DNA of 64,000 bases from Girardia tigrina (Eukaryota), in NCBI GenBank assembly GCA_001938485.1, contig MQRK01212946.1, forward strand, positions 14,853 to 78,852, given 5' to 3'. Under the pieces are notes generated by a model. That model did not search any database and was not told the DNA's origin. It saw only the letters and a program-made list of their open reading frames with translations. Positions within the stretch are counted from its first letter, which is position 1, and each line of letters starts with the position of its first letter. Positions 13,561 through 26,224 of the stretch are shown here, one piece after another. A program made the translations under genes and the position numbers.

Positions 13561-14475
13561 TAGTTTTAGTTTGGTTTTTATTAATTCAATAAATATTTTA
13601 TAATTAAAAATATTGAATGATGATAATACATCATTATATTTTTATAAGATTTTCGGTAATATTTCGATACGTCTATTGAGAAAATTCTTTTATTAAGTTT
13701 CCTTCTTACAAATGCGTTTTTAAATGACTTATTTTTACATCTTATCATAAAAAATGAAAAAGAAGATTTCCAGAAATAACTTATGAGATCAACTGTTTTA
13801 TCTTTATGTATTTAAAATCATTTATTTATCTTTCGAATTAATTCATTTATCAACTGTGTTAATTCATATCCATTAAGAATAGCGACCTAAAATAATGAGA
13901 ACAAAAGAAATTCTGTTCCAATGTTGGCACATTGGCCAATCGTCGAAAAATGCATTTCATCTCAACAAAAATCAAATCTCTTCAGATAGAGAGCAATGAT
14001 ATGATGGTAAAAGAAAATGTTCTTAATTATCAGAAAGAGATGATCGATCGGGTGTCGGGAAAATCCTGAATTAATTACACAGGTAGCTCCCAGAATCAAA
14101 ACAAGCAATATCAACAATTCAGATGAAACACCTGTGGCTCCCAATACATCAATTTACTGGGCAACAAGGAAAGAAGAAGTCGTTCCGTCGGCCTCAGGCA
14201 GTAATAGTGGAACTCGCAAAATATAGGAGCAATGAAAGCAAAAGGCTCCACAATCTAAGATTGAGCTTGAGAAAATTTTATGCAGACAAAAATCTACTTT
14301 GCGAACAAAGTTTTAATTAATAAATAATTTAAAGAAAACAATAAAAAAATAAAAGATTAATATAAACTATTTATAATTTATAAGTAGATCTTTTTCAATT
14401 AACATTGTTCAGAAACTAAGATGGGACCGTTTTTTCCAAAATCTTGAGACCTTAAAAAGTTCTTTTTGATCGAAT

Positions 14476-14580
14476 TTTCACATTATCATTTATTCTCGTC
14501 GAGAATGAGTAAGTGTGCAAAGTTTGAAGAAAATTGTGACAAAATTTCAAGTTGAAATATGTAAAGATATCCTGGGATAT
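14476..14580 (+). repeat. About 105-bp dispersed repeat, second copy at 15800-15906
   Basis: TTTTCACATTATCATTTATT.TC.TCGAGAATGAGTAAGTGTGCAAAGTTTG shared by both copies. Confidence 0.7.
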
Positions 14581-14639
14581 ACATTGAATGCTCAAAGCTA
14601 TAGTCGCTGTATAGAACATCTTTGACTTGTGTTGGAGAT

Positions 14640-15270
14640 TATTCTTATTAAACGGCTACTGGTGCATCTGCCGTGACTGTGCCGGTAAGATCTGTCGTCA
14701 CTGCATTTGAGATCAGAGGATTATATTGACCGATATTATGTTTATGCCATGTCCAGTTGGAATATTTGATATTCGACACGATGCACATTTTTGTTAAATT
14801 TTTTATAGTTGTACCTGAAAGAAGTAATTTTTTTAAGCAGGTTGTCATTATCGGCTGGCCAAGATCCAAAATAGCTGACAACGATTGCTCCTAATATTAC
14901 AGTCCATCCTTTATGAGCCGCCTTTGCATCTGTTAGCAGACTTTTATATTTCTTTTTGTTGTTATTTCTAGCATCTTTAAGTGTCATAAGGGGTTTTTAT
15001 ATCTATAAGTCAAAGTTCTTTAGTTCCATGGTTATAAACTTGTAAATCAATCTGGCTTCCTGACACAGACCAATCACACTCTCGATTCATTATGATTTTT
15101 AAAATTGGTTTCTCTGCAAGTAAAGCATCTGTGACGATTTCTGCGATTGCATTATGTCTCACCTGTATCAGAGTGCTGTTGGCTGTTTACACCAACAAAG
15201 AACATGTATCTATGTTTCTATATATTGACTACATGCCCTGCACATCGATTGTTGTCTTGGTTTTTTCGGC
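14640..15270 (-). mobile_element. NeSL/R2-group non-LTR retrotransposon 3' fragment (CCHC plus restriction-like endonuclease)
   Basis: Across frameshifts: CRAC...ET..HVL..C, RHNAIAEIV, and AR...KKKYKSL....GWTVILGAIVVSYFGSW...ND. Confidence 0.8.
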
Positions 15271-15275
15271 ATATA

Positions 15276-15771
15276 TGTGAGGAATATTTTAAATTGTTTG
15301 AATGTGTAAATGTATTGATGCTGGATGTTGATTTAAGTATGTTGAATTTAGAATGGTGATTCTCCCACCCAGATGGAAATTGGTATTTTTTTTATTTAAA
15401 ATTAAAGTGATTGACTATTCGAAAATAATTAAAATAATCATTTTATTATTTCATATTTTTAATTTAACAACTAAAATTAAGTTTAATATTTTTTGGTAAA
15501 ATTTAAATTAAATGTATTTTTAATAATTTGATGACATTATTATTATTTTGTGATTTATTGAGAAATGGTAAATTAATTGTTTTTAATTAATATTAATTAA
15601 TATATCTAAAAAATGACTTAGAAAAATTGTTCGAATAATGATGATTAAAAAAAGAAAAAAGAAAACCAAATAGAACGATGACAAACGATGAAAGACTTTT
15701 TGAGAGTCATAATGACTCTAAATGTGATTGTAATAAAAGTTCAAACGCGATTTGTCTAAATGTTCTTTATG
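15276..15771 (+). mobile_element. Solo LTR
   Basis: Starts TGTGAGGAAT; TSD ATATA at 15271-15275 and 15772-15776; AATAAA near 3' end. Confidence 0.8.
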
Positions 15772-15979
15772 ATATAATTGGTTTGTAAACTATTAGTCCT
15801 TTTCACATTATCATTTATTGTCATCGAGAATGAGTAAGTGTGCAAAGTTTGGAGAAAATTGATTGAGTAAAAAGCTTGCAAAATAGGTTTCTAAATTCCA
15901 TGGATATATATATATATATATATATATATNNNNNNNNNNNNNNNNNNNNNNNNNNNNNNNNNNNNNNNNNNNNNNNNNN

Positions 15980-16024
<45 letters not shown>

Positions 16025-16539
16025 CATACCTATGTAGAAAGTAAGCTAATAAAAAGAATGGAAAAAAGAAATGTTTATCCCATCAATCAACAATCGAATT
16101 GCTATATCAGTCACCAAAATCAATGATGAATGCATCATTAAGAGACATACATGGTTGGACCTTGAAGAAGAGTTTGAAAATTGGAAAGAAATTAAAATAA
16201 ACTTCTGAATAGTTCCAAAACCATGGGCCACAACGAAGAATAAATTAATTGTACTGAATTTGATGAATTATGCCGATGAATATTTTAGTTACTTTTTTGA
16301 TTTTGTTTTTTTATTCAATGAATCGATAAATAAAATTCTGGGGTTATTTGTACATAAATGTTAATGATATTCAGAAGTAAAATTTTTACAGAAAAAAATG
16401 TAAATAGTTTAAACTTAAACAGATGATAAATTAATAACTGTTAATACGCACAAACATAATAATATGTGACTCAAATGGAAATGTAACCATAATTGATTTA
16501 ACTCTCTAAGTAAAAGCAAGAAACCATATCTATTAAGAA

Positions 16540-17010
16540 AGGAATTGATCCTATGGAACACGGAAGGTGTCTAAATATGTACACTGAAAGATCACTGGGA
16601 TCACTGAGCGCTAGGCCAGTTTGGACGTACCTCCCCCTAGTATTTTTGGAAAACTAGAGCTCTCTTCTCTAGGCTAAAGCGTCCTGAGCTGGGTCATTTG
16701 CTGTTTGAACGGTAGGCAGCCGATGTATCGTTACTGGACTAGCAAATCAGTTTCTTGAAGGCCCAGCTTCAAAACTGAGTGTCATGGCTGTAGAGAGTAG
16801 TGACCCTGCAGTCGCGTGGTCGATTGCATCGCAATGATCCACGGTTTCTAATCTTGATGAGAGGTGTTGTGAAGCCGGTTCGCCGGTGGAGCTTAGGCAT
16901 GTAAATCCCCTCATGGAGAGAGTGCATTTTAAAGCCATAAACGTCTGAGAACCTCGTAAAAAGCCTCAGGCTTAATACCTTTATACGAAGGGAGGTTAAC
17001 ACTGAAAGAA
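16540..17010 (+). mobile_element. LINE 3' end remnant with structured 3' UTR
   Basis: GC-rich block ending AACCTC..AAGCCTCAGGCTTAATACC..GAGGTT, homologous to the 3' UTRs at 27113 and 42163. Confidence 0.55.
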
Positions 17011-17374
17011 AATAGAAGATCAGATATTAATCCATGAAAGATGTCAGATGGAAATTCTTAACGGGGTTTATATCCAATAATATGTTGAGGTAAATAAAAA
17101 AGGATATTTATTTTGTAACATAAGTTAAGTTATATAAGAACTTATAATTATGAAACTGTTTATTTAAAATAAAATATCTTCGAAAACGATCAGGTAATAC
17201 TCACTCCAATATAATAAAAATTATTTGAAAAACATTTAAATATAATTAAATTCGACGGTTAGTTATTCAATTGTGGCAGCAAAATACCTTAATGAACAAA
17301 AGTAAACGTATTAAAATGTGATATTTCTAAAAACATGTTGTGTTAGAAATGTGTATATTAAAATATCCATTTAG

Positions 17375-17502
17375 ATTATATCATAGCGTGGGAAGAAGAG
17401 AAAAGTAGTTGCAATTCTAAAAGCCTTGAAAACATAAAAAATGAAAGTTATAGAAAAAGATTTGAAGAAAATCTCAGTAAAATTTCAGTTGAAATGGAAT
17501 GT
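17375..17502 (+). CDS. ANO7: Anoctamin ANO7-like exon
   Basis: ttag|AT...TGT|gtgagt; (D)YIIAWEEEK...SYRKRFEENLSKISVEMEC, anoctamin dimerisation region. Confidence 0.92.
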
Positions 17503-17799
17503 GTGAGTCCGTTTTAATGTTGTTTTGACATTTTATCTTTCCATAAATGCTTTTAAAAAATCGATTTGCATAATGTTAATGACATTAATTTAATTGTGAT
17601 GATTCATTATTTTTAATTTTGCACAACTTAAACATGAAAGCAGCCATATTCATGTTATCGGTATACATTATGCAGTTATTTTTAAAAATTATATGATAGT
17701 GTTTCTTGAACATTGATTTTAGGAATATGTAACCTAATTAGTAATGCTTTTCATTAATGCTACTCTTTCCTACTAATTTTAGAAATTGGAATACCGAAC

Positions 17800-18560
17800 T
17801 TTAAATGATCAGAATACTCTTGAATCAAGCTATAACAAGCCTGTTCAACCTTCGTGTACTAACGATCGACTATTTTGAATGCAACTACCTTGTGATCTAT
17901 CCATTAAAAAATTTAGATGCTTGATTCAATTCAAGCTTTCAATTTTTTTCTATTTTGAAAGCGTTAGATAATGCAATAAGTTTAAAAGTAATATATTCCG
18001 TACCCAGAAAATTGAAAGCATGTTCAGCAATAAATCTGCAACGCCATTAGGATTGTGTTCGGATCTGATTTACCAATACCCATGTAATAGGTGTAACGCC
18101 ACATACATTGGAGAGAATTCAGGTCATCTCTGTAAGAGAATCCAGGAACACAGTTTCAATGAAGGTAGAAGTAACATTGCAGGGCATTGAAGACATTGTA
18201 AAGGAGATATAAATTCACAACACTTTAAAATTCTGTGCACTCAATTTAAAAATTATTGGGAGAGTGACATGTGAAGCGTTATATATAAGATCTTTGGATC
18301 CTAAAATTAACGTTCAAACTGCATTCTCTACAACTTTGTTGAGAGTTTTTAAATGATGTACTGATTATGTATAGATTGTATAATCATTAACTAAACTATA
18401 TAAGTAAATTTCATTTGAAAAATCATTTGTTCTGACGATGACGATTAAACCGTCGAAATTAATAAAATTTGATTGGCTTACGAATTTTTTATTAAATAAA
18501 TATAAATTATGGAAATTGACCTTTTCTATCATTTTTTACATTGTCCTCTATTTTATTCGA
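17800..18560 (+). mobile_element. Penelope-like element 3' fragment (GIY-YIG endonuclease plus pseudo-LTR)
   Basis: LIYQYPCNRCNATYIGENSGHLCKRIQEH ... HFKIL ... EALYIRSLDPKINVQ, followed by a hammerhead core. Confidence 0.88.
18421..18474 (+). ncRNA. Minimal type I hammerhead ribozyme (Penelope-associated)
   Basis: CTGACGA-T-GACG/CGTC stem II-GAAA-palindromic ATTAAT-A; stem I weak. Confidence 0.7.
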
Positions 18561-18869
18561 AATGTTCCGTTTTTATTCGAAAAAACGTCTGGTCCTCAAA
18601 TCATAATATTTTATAATTCTCAAGTTTTGTATATTAAAATTACTGGGTGTAAGTAACTTACAAAAAATATTTTTTAGAATACATTATCATTAGCCTACTT
18701 GTCTTTGGTGAAAGAACTAAAAGTATTCTTTTAAATTCATGTTTCGAATTGAAAATAATCCCTGGCAATTGAAAAATTATCTAATATTAAGGAACATTAA
18801 GAAAAACCTCTTTTAATAAATAAATATATATTTTTTAAATATTTGTATAATTACCTTGATTTATATCAG

Positions 18870-19335
18870 ACTTTTTCTTCTTCTTTTGGACCTTAGCCTT
18901 TTGACCGTGGGTGGACCCAATTATGTACAAGCTTTCGCCACATCTATCTATATGTAGCCTCTTTTCTCCGACATTCCATGTTCAATCTACTCCATTCTTC
19001 TAAGTCGCTTGTCCATTGTCTCTTTGGTCTTCTTCTTAATCTTTCTCCTTCCACTCTTCCTACAGTCATAACCTTCGCAAAAACTTGTTTTCTTATCTAA
19101 TGTCCGTATAATGTCAGCTTCCTTCTCTTTATGGTCTCTTCTATTAATTTCGGCATTTTACCTAGTATTTCTGATACTCTCTTCCAGACAAAGTCGTTGA
19201 TGTTCTTTTCTTCCCCTGTGATCGACAGCATTTTTGTAGCACTTTATTTTAAAACGCTTTAAGTCTATCCATGCTCTTCTAATTTATTGTCCAATTCTTG
19301 CATCCATAGCAAAGTGTTGCCCAGACAATAGCCTT
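18870..19335 (-). mobile_element. RTE-type LINE 3' fragment
   Basis: IKRRKLTLYGH...GRVEGERLRRRPKRQW..DL ... WRKLV, ending in an (AAG)n tail. Confidence 0.8.
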
Positions 19336-19663
19336 AGTGATTTTTATTCTGATCTTGAGGTTGACTAGACAGATTATTTGACGATTCTCGCAAATTATGA
19401 AACATACAATAAATATCAAACAAACCGTTCGCAAAGTTAACTCTAAAATTAATTCTAAAATTCCAATTTTTATACAATTTATTTTTTGATGGAAACATTT
19501 CGAATTTATTTGAAAAGAAATAAAATGTGTATAAATATAAATCGATCAAGGTTTAAAATAAGATGATTCGATGGAAAGATAAAATTGAGAACAAATCTTT
19601 ACTGTTTTATTCTATCATAAAATATTATTTTTTTAATTTAATATGAAAAGTAGTTTTTTCAAG

Positions 19664-19771
19664 GATGAAGAAGAAAGTGACAAAATTATTATTCATTGTA
19701 TAAAAATTCATATTCCATGGGATTTGCTTTGCCAATATGCAGAAGAAATGAATCTTCGAGCGCCGCTGCAG
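19664..19771 (+). CDS. ANO7: Anoctamin ANO7-like exon
   Basis: aag|GAT...CAG|gtaaga; DEEESDKIIIHCIKIHIPWDLLCQYAEEMNLRAPLQ. Confidence 0.95.
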
Positions 19772-20099
19772 GTAAGAATTACTTTAATTTAGAATTATTT
19801 TTACCAAATGATTTCGAAATATAAACTTTGATATATTTTTAATGAAAATATCTATAAAATAAAATAATTCCAACAATTATAAAATAAATATTTATTTATT
19901 TATTTCTTAAAAATAAAACTCGATTTAGCTGTGAGCAAAAATATCGAATTGCCAAAATCATTTTTTTAAAGCAACATACTTTATTTATATTAAACATTTA
20001 TTTTATTATTATTAATATTAACATGAAAAATATTGTTATTAATTTTTAAATTTAATAAAAAATTTTTTTCAGAAATTATATAATAAAATTATTTTTTAG

Positions 20100-20236
20100 A
20101 TCAGAAATGAAAAAAGAGAAAATAATTCATCGAAAATTTTGAAATTTTTTCATATCCCAAATATTATGGAATTAGACATTTTCCGTACTCCAACCTCCTT
20201 TTATACTTGCAATTTCAAGAAAGGAAATATAAAAAA
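20100..20236 (+). CDS. ANO7: Anoctamin ANO7-like exon
   Basis: ttag|ATC...AA|gtttgt; IRNEKRENNSSKILKFFHIPNIMELDIFRTPTSFYTCNFKKGNIK(K); phase 2 matches exon at 42933. Confidence 0.9.
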
Positions 20237-20290
20237 GTTTGTACCTTTTTATTCTTAGATTATATATATATATATATATTAGGGATAAAA

Positions 20291-20339
20291 ACAAGACGAC
20301 GCGTTTCGAGATAATAAAAATCCCATCATCAGGTCACAA
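20291..20339 (-). ncRNA. Minimal type I hammerhead ribozyme
   Basis: Minus strand GAC-CTGATGA-T-GGGAT/ATCTC-GAAA-CGCG-TC-GTC: intact core, palindromic stem III ACGCGT, GUC cleavage triplet. Confidence 0.85.
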
Positions 20340-21074
20340 ATTACACTACGCAAGTACACTATATGGTAGCTTGCCGANNNNNNNNNNNNNNNNNNNNNNN
20401 NNNNNNNNNNNNNNNNNNNNNNNNNNNNNNNNNNNNNNNNNNNNNNNNNNNNNNNNNNNNNNNNNNNNNNNNNNNNNNNNNNNNNNNNNNNNNNNNNNNN
20501 NNNNNNNNNNNNNNNNNNNNNNNNNNNNNNNNNNNNNNNNNNNNNNNNNNNNNNNNNNNNNNNNNNNNNNNNNNNNNNNNNNNNNNNNNNNNNNNNNNNN
20601 NNNNNNNNNNNNNNNNNNNNNNNNNNNNNNNNNNNNNNNNNNNNNNNNNNNNNNNNNNNNNNNNNNNNNNNNNNNNNNNNNNNNNNNNNNNNNNNNNNNN
20701 NNNNNNNNNNNNNNNNNNNNNNNNNNNNNNNNNNNNNNNNNNNNNNNNNNNNNNNNNNNNNNNNNNNNNNNNNNNNNNNNNNNNNNNNNNNNNNNNNNNN
20801 NNNNNNNNNNNNNNNNNNNNNNNNNNNNNNNNNNNNNNNNNNNNNNNNNNNNNNNNNNNNNNNNNNNNNNNNNNNNNNNNNNNNNNNNNNNNNNNNNNNN
20901 NNNNNNNNNNNNNNNNNNNNNNNNNNNNNNNNNNNNNNNNNNNNNNNNNNNNNNNNNNNNNNNNNNNNNNNNNNNNNNNNNNNNNNNNNNNNNNNNNNNN
21001 NNNNNNNNNNNNNNNNNNNNNNNNNNNNNNNNNNNNNNNNNNNNNNNNNNNNNNNNNNNNNNNNNNNNNNNNNN

Positions 21075-21128
<54 letters not shown>

Positions 21129-21406
21129 TTTTATCCTCCAATAATTATACAATCTTCATCCTCCAATATCTTCATTTCTTACCTCTTGACATGTGAATAA
21201 TTTTTGGTATTTTTTTTCCGGAATATATATAAACGAATACAAAAATTTTAGTATTAAATACTATCCGTATAAACTTTATCGATTTTATTTACAAATTTAA
21301 AGATTATTTTTTCTTGAGATTCGTAATAGTAAGAGGAAGTGTTCATAAAGCTCTGAAAGATCTTCAACACCGCTTTAGACTCACAAATAAAGTTATTGCT
21401 CTACAT

Positions 21407-22018
21407 CAGCGATTCCCAAACTATGGGTCGCGAGAGGAATCGTAGTGGGTCGCAAAAAATTACAAAATGATAATAATTTTAATTTAAACGATTACGAAAC
21501 CTTTTATGATGGCTGTTTTTTAAAAATATTTTTGAAGTATATAAAAACGTGCTTGTTTTTTTAATAAAAAAACGCTGTTTTCGTTTTTTTCGATTATTAC
21601 TCAAACCTAATTATTTTATTAACATTTTTCATTTGTTAAAATTGCATTTGTGTAAATAATATTATAAAAAAACTTTTGGGGGGAATAAAAAGCATTAAAA
21701 TTACTTCTCCCTTTCGCGTCATCTTATAACTGTGAGACTGGATTTTCGGTAATGGTTTCAATTAAAAGGAAATATCGAAATAAGCTGCAACTCTCAAATT
21801 TTGTACGTCTGAAATTATTGCACATTGAGGTTGATGTGAAGTCCATGTTGAAACTATGCAAGAAACAGGCTCATCCTTCTCATGGGCCTCAATGAAAATG
21901 TAAATTAAAATTAATTTATTTCCTTCATTAATGTTTTTACACAGTAAAGTTATGTGGGTCGCCAAAAGCTGGGGTCATAAATAGTTGGTCGCTACTCAAA
22001 AATGTTTTGGAACCACTG
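21407..22018 (+). mobile_element. hAT-Charlie/Buster deletion derivative
   Basis: Perfect 8-bp TSD CTCTACAT; TIR CAGcGaTTCCcAAAC; internal KALKLLLPFASSYNCETGFSVM transposase C-terminus. Confidence 0.93.
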
Positions 22019-22339
22019 CTCTACATAATTCGTTTCTGTTAAGGAGTAAACTTTATGATTGATCAACTGAAAATTCGAAATACTTGTTTTGTAAAGAACT
22101 TTTCTCAATTCTGAATAAAATTAATTGGGAGATTTACGTTCATAAAACTGTAATATTTTAGGACAAGTTTATTTATCCGAGATCAATTTTAATGGAGAAG
22201 AGGAATGTTGTTTATGCATGTTAGGATCAGAAGCCTTCTGGTAAACAGTGGAATAAGGTTTGAGAGATTATCATTTTCAGTAGAAGTAGAACTTAACTTA
22301 ATCGGCAAAAAAGGTGTTTTAATTAGTATTTATAACGTA

Positions 22340-25300
22340 AGTACTTTAAAATCAAAAATACTTACAAAATAAATAAGAATAAATCAAACTTTTCAAAAAT
22401 ATATTTTTAATGACATTTTAAATATTTAAACAAAAAATTATCATGCTTTTTATTTAAATATTTAAATTAAATGTTTATATCATAGACAAATTCTTTATTT
22501 GTCACATTCATCGTCACTCGATGTAGAGGGTAGCCCCGATCGACTCCAACAGTTTAGATTTTGATTTTATTTTCCTGGTTTATGTTGGATGATGAAATCA
22601 AATTCTTGCAGGAACATACTCCATCTTGCCAGTTTGTTATTTTTGGTTTGAAGCGTTTGTAACCATACCATGGGCTTGTGGTCGGTTTTGGCAGTGAGTT
22701 GCTTCCCATATATGTAGTAGTAATATTGCTCAATCGCAAATACAAGGGCATATAGTTCCTTCTCATTAGCTGACCATCTTTGTTGGGTTTCTGTTAGTTT
22801 TTTTAATCGAAACGCAATTTGGTGTTCGATATTGTCATAGAATTGTATTAGCATAGCGTCAACCGCTTGGTCAGAAGCATCGGTTTGAATAATGAACTCC
22901 GGGGAAAGATTGTGTTTTCAATTTGAATCGGAACTTTCGAGATCAATTCCATCGATTGAGGCCATTTCCCGGGATCTTGATTCGGATGGCCCCCGGTTGT
23001 TGTCCATTTTCGGGACGGTTTTTTGTTCGGCAAAATCGAAGATTTTCTCCCTCCAATTCGCTTGTTTTTCTCGTTCGATAAAAAGGATACTTCTAATTTC
23101 TAACTCTTTTTTCTTCAATTCGAATCGATTGCCGTCTTTTAACAATCGAAGACGTGTTCAATTGATTATCGACTTTTCGTGATTTCTTAGGAGTGTTTGA
23201 TTCAATCTCGGGTGCAATTGATTTTCTTCGTTTTAATTATTTCGGTTTCTCGGGTTTCGTTTCCAATTCCAATTTCAGTTCGATTTGAGAAACGGATTCC
23301 GGTACCGATTGATGTTCTGCGCGGATTTCTAATTTGGTAATGATGCTCGATAATGTGTTCGAGTTTCCAATTTCAATATTTGATTGATTTTTCGATTTTT
23401 CTTCGTTATTTCGCGGTGAATTATCGATTTTTGTCGAGTCAGTATTGACAAATTCGATGTGAATTTCGGTCGTTTTAATCAAATCAATATCGACTCTATC
23501 GAGTGTTTCCATTTCGATATCCTCAGTTTCCGCTTTGATTGGTTCATTGATCAAATTTTCCATAATTTCTTCGTTTTTCGTGTTGATTTCGTGTTGATTT
23601 AAACTATCTACCAATTCGATTTTATTGAGATTTTCTTCATGTATTTTTTTGTTTGAAAGATTTTTTTCATCTATTTTTTCTTCACAAAATACTGTAAATT
23701 CGGTCTCGATTTCTTCCGCTATGATATTCTGTGAAAGCGGCGCTCTCTTTTCATTGGATTCTTCATTAATTTCGATAGAGGCGAATTGATTGTGCGTAAA
23801 TTGTCAGAGCTTTCCTGACTTGTTTTGATTCTATTGAATTTTTCGGACGTGTTTTCATAAATTTCCGAGAGAATTCGATCGTTTCCGTGTTGTCGCGATG
23901 GTTTTCGGAGAACAATCAGCGATTTTATCGTTGCAGAATTGTAATTTGGTGATTGGATTTAAATTTATTGTTTCTTCAAGAGTTTTGTTTTCCGTTTCCT
24001 TGAGCTGAGCTGTTTTTGTCTGGTTATTATTGCGCAGATATTTTCTAAATCATTACCCAACAGGACTCCAAGATTAGTTTTCAGAATCACTGCATTCACT
24101 GATACTGGAGTACCTTCAATCTCAAAGTTCATTTTTGCAACTGGGGCTTCTTCGGTCTGGCTGTTCGCTAAACAGACATTAACAATTTTGTCTGTATATT
24201 GATGTTTCTCGACCAACTGGGTGGATAACCGTTGATGATGCTCCTGTATCTCTGACCATTCTGATATTTTTGTTTCCTCTGATATTTCCTGAGAACACAT
24301 ACTTTTTTGGGATATTGAATTCGTCGTTGGTTGCTAAGTTAATATTAGGTTGGTCGAAAAATACTGGTGGTTTTGGGACACAAACTTCAAAGACGTGCAA
24401 ATTCACAGAAACATAAGTTTATTAATCAAAGTATGAACCGTTGGCATCAATACATTTTTGCCAACGAGAAACAAGTTGTTTTATTCCATCAGCATAAAAT
24501 GCATCGGTTCTCGAAGCGACGAATTCTTGGAAAGCATTTTGAGAATCATTTTGGTTTTTGAAATTTTTTTCCCGTAGGAAGTTGTACAAGTGCCTGAAAA
24601 AGTAGAAGTCCGTTGGCGAGAGGTCTGGTGAATATGGTGGATGAAGCAGGGTTTCATAGCCCAACTCATTAAGCGTTTGAAGAGTCACTTTTGAAATATG
24701 AGGTCTAGCNNNNNNNNNNNNNNNNNNNNNNNNNNNNNNNNNNNNNNNNNNNNNNNNNNNNNNNNNNNNNNNNNNNNNNNNNNNNNNNNNNNNNNNNNNN
24801 NNNNNNNNNNNNNNNNNNNNNNNNNNNNNNNNNNNNNNNNNNNNNNNNNNNNNNNNNNNNNNNNNNNNNNNNNNNNNNNNNNNNNNNNNNNNNNNNNNNN
24901 NNNNNNNNNNNNNNNNNNNNNNNNNNNNNNNNNNNNNNNNNNNNNNNNNNNNNNNNNNNNNNNNNNNNNNNNNNNNNNNNNNNNNNNNNNNNNNNNNNNN
25001 NNNNNNNNNNNNNNNNNNNNNNNNNNNNNNNNNNNNNNNNNNNNNNNNNNNNNNNNNNNNNNNNNNNNNNNNNNNNNNNNNNNNNNNNNNNNNNNNNNNN
25101 NNNNNNNNNNNNNNNNNNNNNNNNNNNNNNNNNNNNNNNNNNNNNNNNNNNNNNNNNNNNNNNNNNNNNNNNNNNNNNNNNNNNNNNNNNNNNNNNNNNN
25201 NNNNNNNNNNNNNNNNNNNNNNNNNNNNNNNNNNNNNNNNNNNNNNNNNNNNNNNNNNNNNNNNNNNNNNNNNNNNNNNNNNNNNNNNNNNNNNNNNNNN

Positions 25301-26200
25301 NNNNNNNNNNNNNNNNNNNNNNNNNNNNNNNNNNNNNNNNNNNNNNNNNNNNNNNNNNNNNNNNNNNNNNNNNNNNNNNNNNNNNNNNNNNNNNNNNNNN
25401 NNNNNNNNNNNNNNNNNNCTTGCCAAACGCTTTATTGATATTGCGAGCCGTTTCTGCTGCTTTACGACCCAGTTTAAATTCGTACAAGAAAATTGATCGA
25501 ATTTTAATTTTTTCCATTATTAATTTAGCACCGTAAAAATTCTAAAAAATAACAGCAATATGTAAGTAATGGCCATAGGAATATAAAGCTAGGTATAAGA
25601 TTTCAAATAATATCTAACACTAATGCATTTAAACTTATATACATATCAAAGTAGATAAACAAAGTATAAAGCTCAAAAACCGCCATTATTTTTCGACCAA
25701 CCTAATATTTAGTGTTTTAAAGTTTCTTGACATGTGATTTGCAGAGCCACAGGTGAAGCACTTTCTCCCATCCATTGCTGTGATCCGGATTTTCTCATTG
25801 TGTATAATGTGGGCATTGCAGTATCTATCAGCAGCTTCTGCTATTTTCCTAATATTTGGAAATTCATTTTCTTCTATCTATTTCCTTATTCTTGGGTCTA
25901 GGTTTCGGCAAAGCTGTTTTTCGAATACTAATTCCATAAGACGTTCGGCTGTTGTTGCGTTTCTTGAGTGAACCCATCGATTTAGTTCGGAGATTAGTCT
26001 TGTTAACCATTCAACATGGTTTTCATTTGCTTTTTTTCTTGATGCTCTGAAGGCTTTTCTGTGCTCATCTGGTGTGACATTAAATCTTCTAAATAGGGCT
26101 TCTTTAATGTGCTCGTAGTTTTTGGAATACTCTAAACTAATTCTTAGGAATGTTTCTCGAGCCGAGCCTGTCGACAACGAATGAAGAAATAGCCCCAAAT
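22340..26200 (-). mobile_element. Decayed Gmr1-like gypsy LTR retrotransposon
   Basis: SCAN-like capsid (YEHIKEALFRRFNVTPDEHRKAFR), Zn knuckle CFTCGSANH, protease RDTGASSTV, RNase H (TDASD...EKELYAL...TDHKP) at the 3' end, then a probable LTR starting TGTGAC at 22506; RT and integrase not seen. Confidence 0.82.
24345..25705 (-). mobile_element. Mariner (cecropia subfamily, Hsmar1-like) inserted in the gypsy element
   Basis: TA-flanked TIR TTAGGTTGGTCGAAAAAT; MEKIKIRSIFLYEFKLGRKAAETARNIN and HPPYSPDLSPTDF; middle is an N gap. Confidence 0.95.
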
Positions 26201-26224
26201 CATTTTTTATTGATTGTAGAATTA

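Noticed and set aside
15811-16027. YIYIYI ORFs
   Set aside because: Translations of (TA)n microsatellites flanking gaps.
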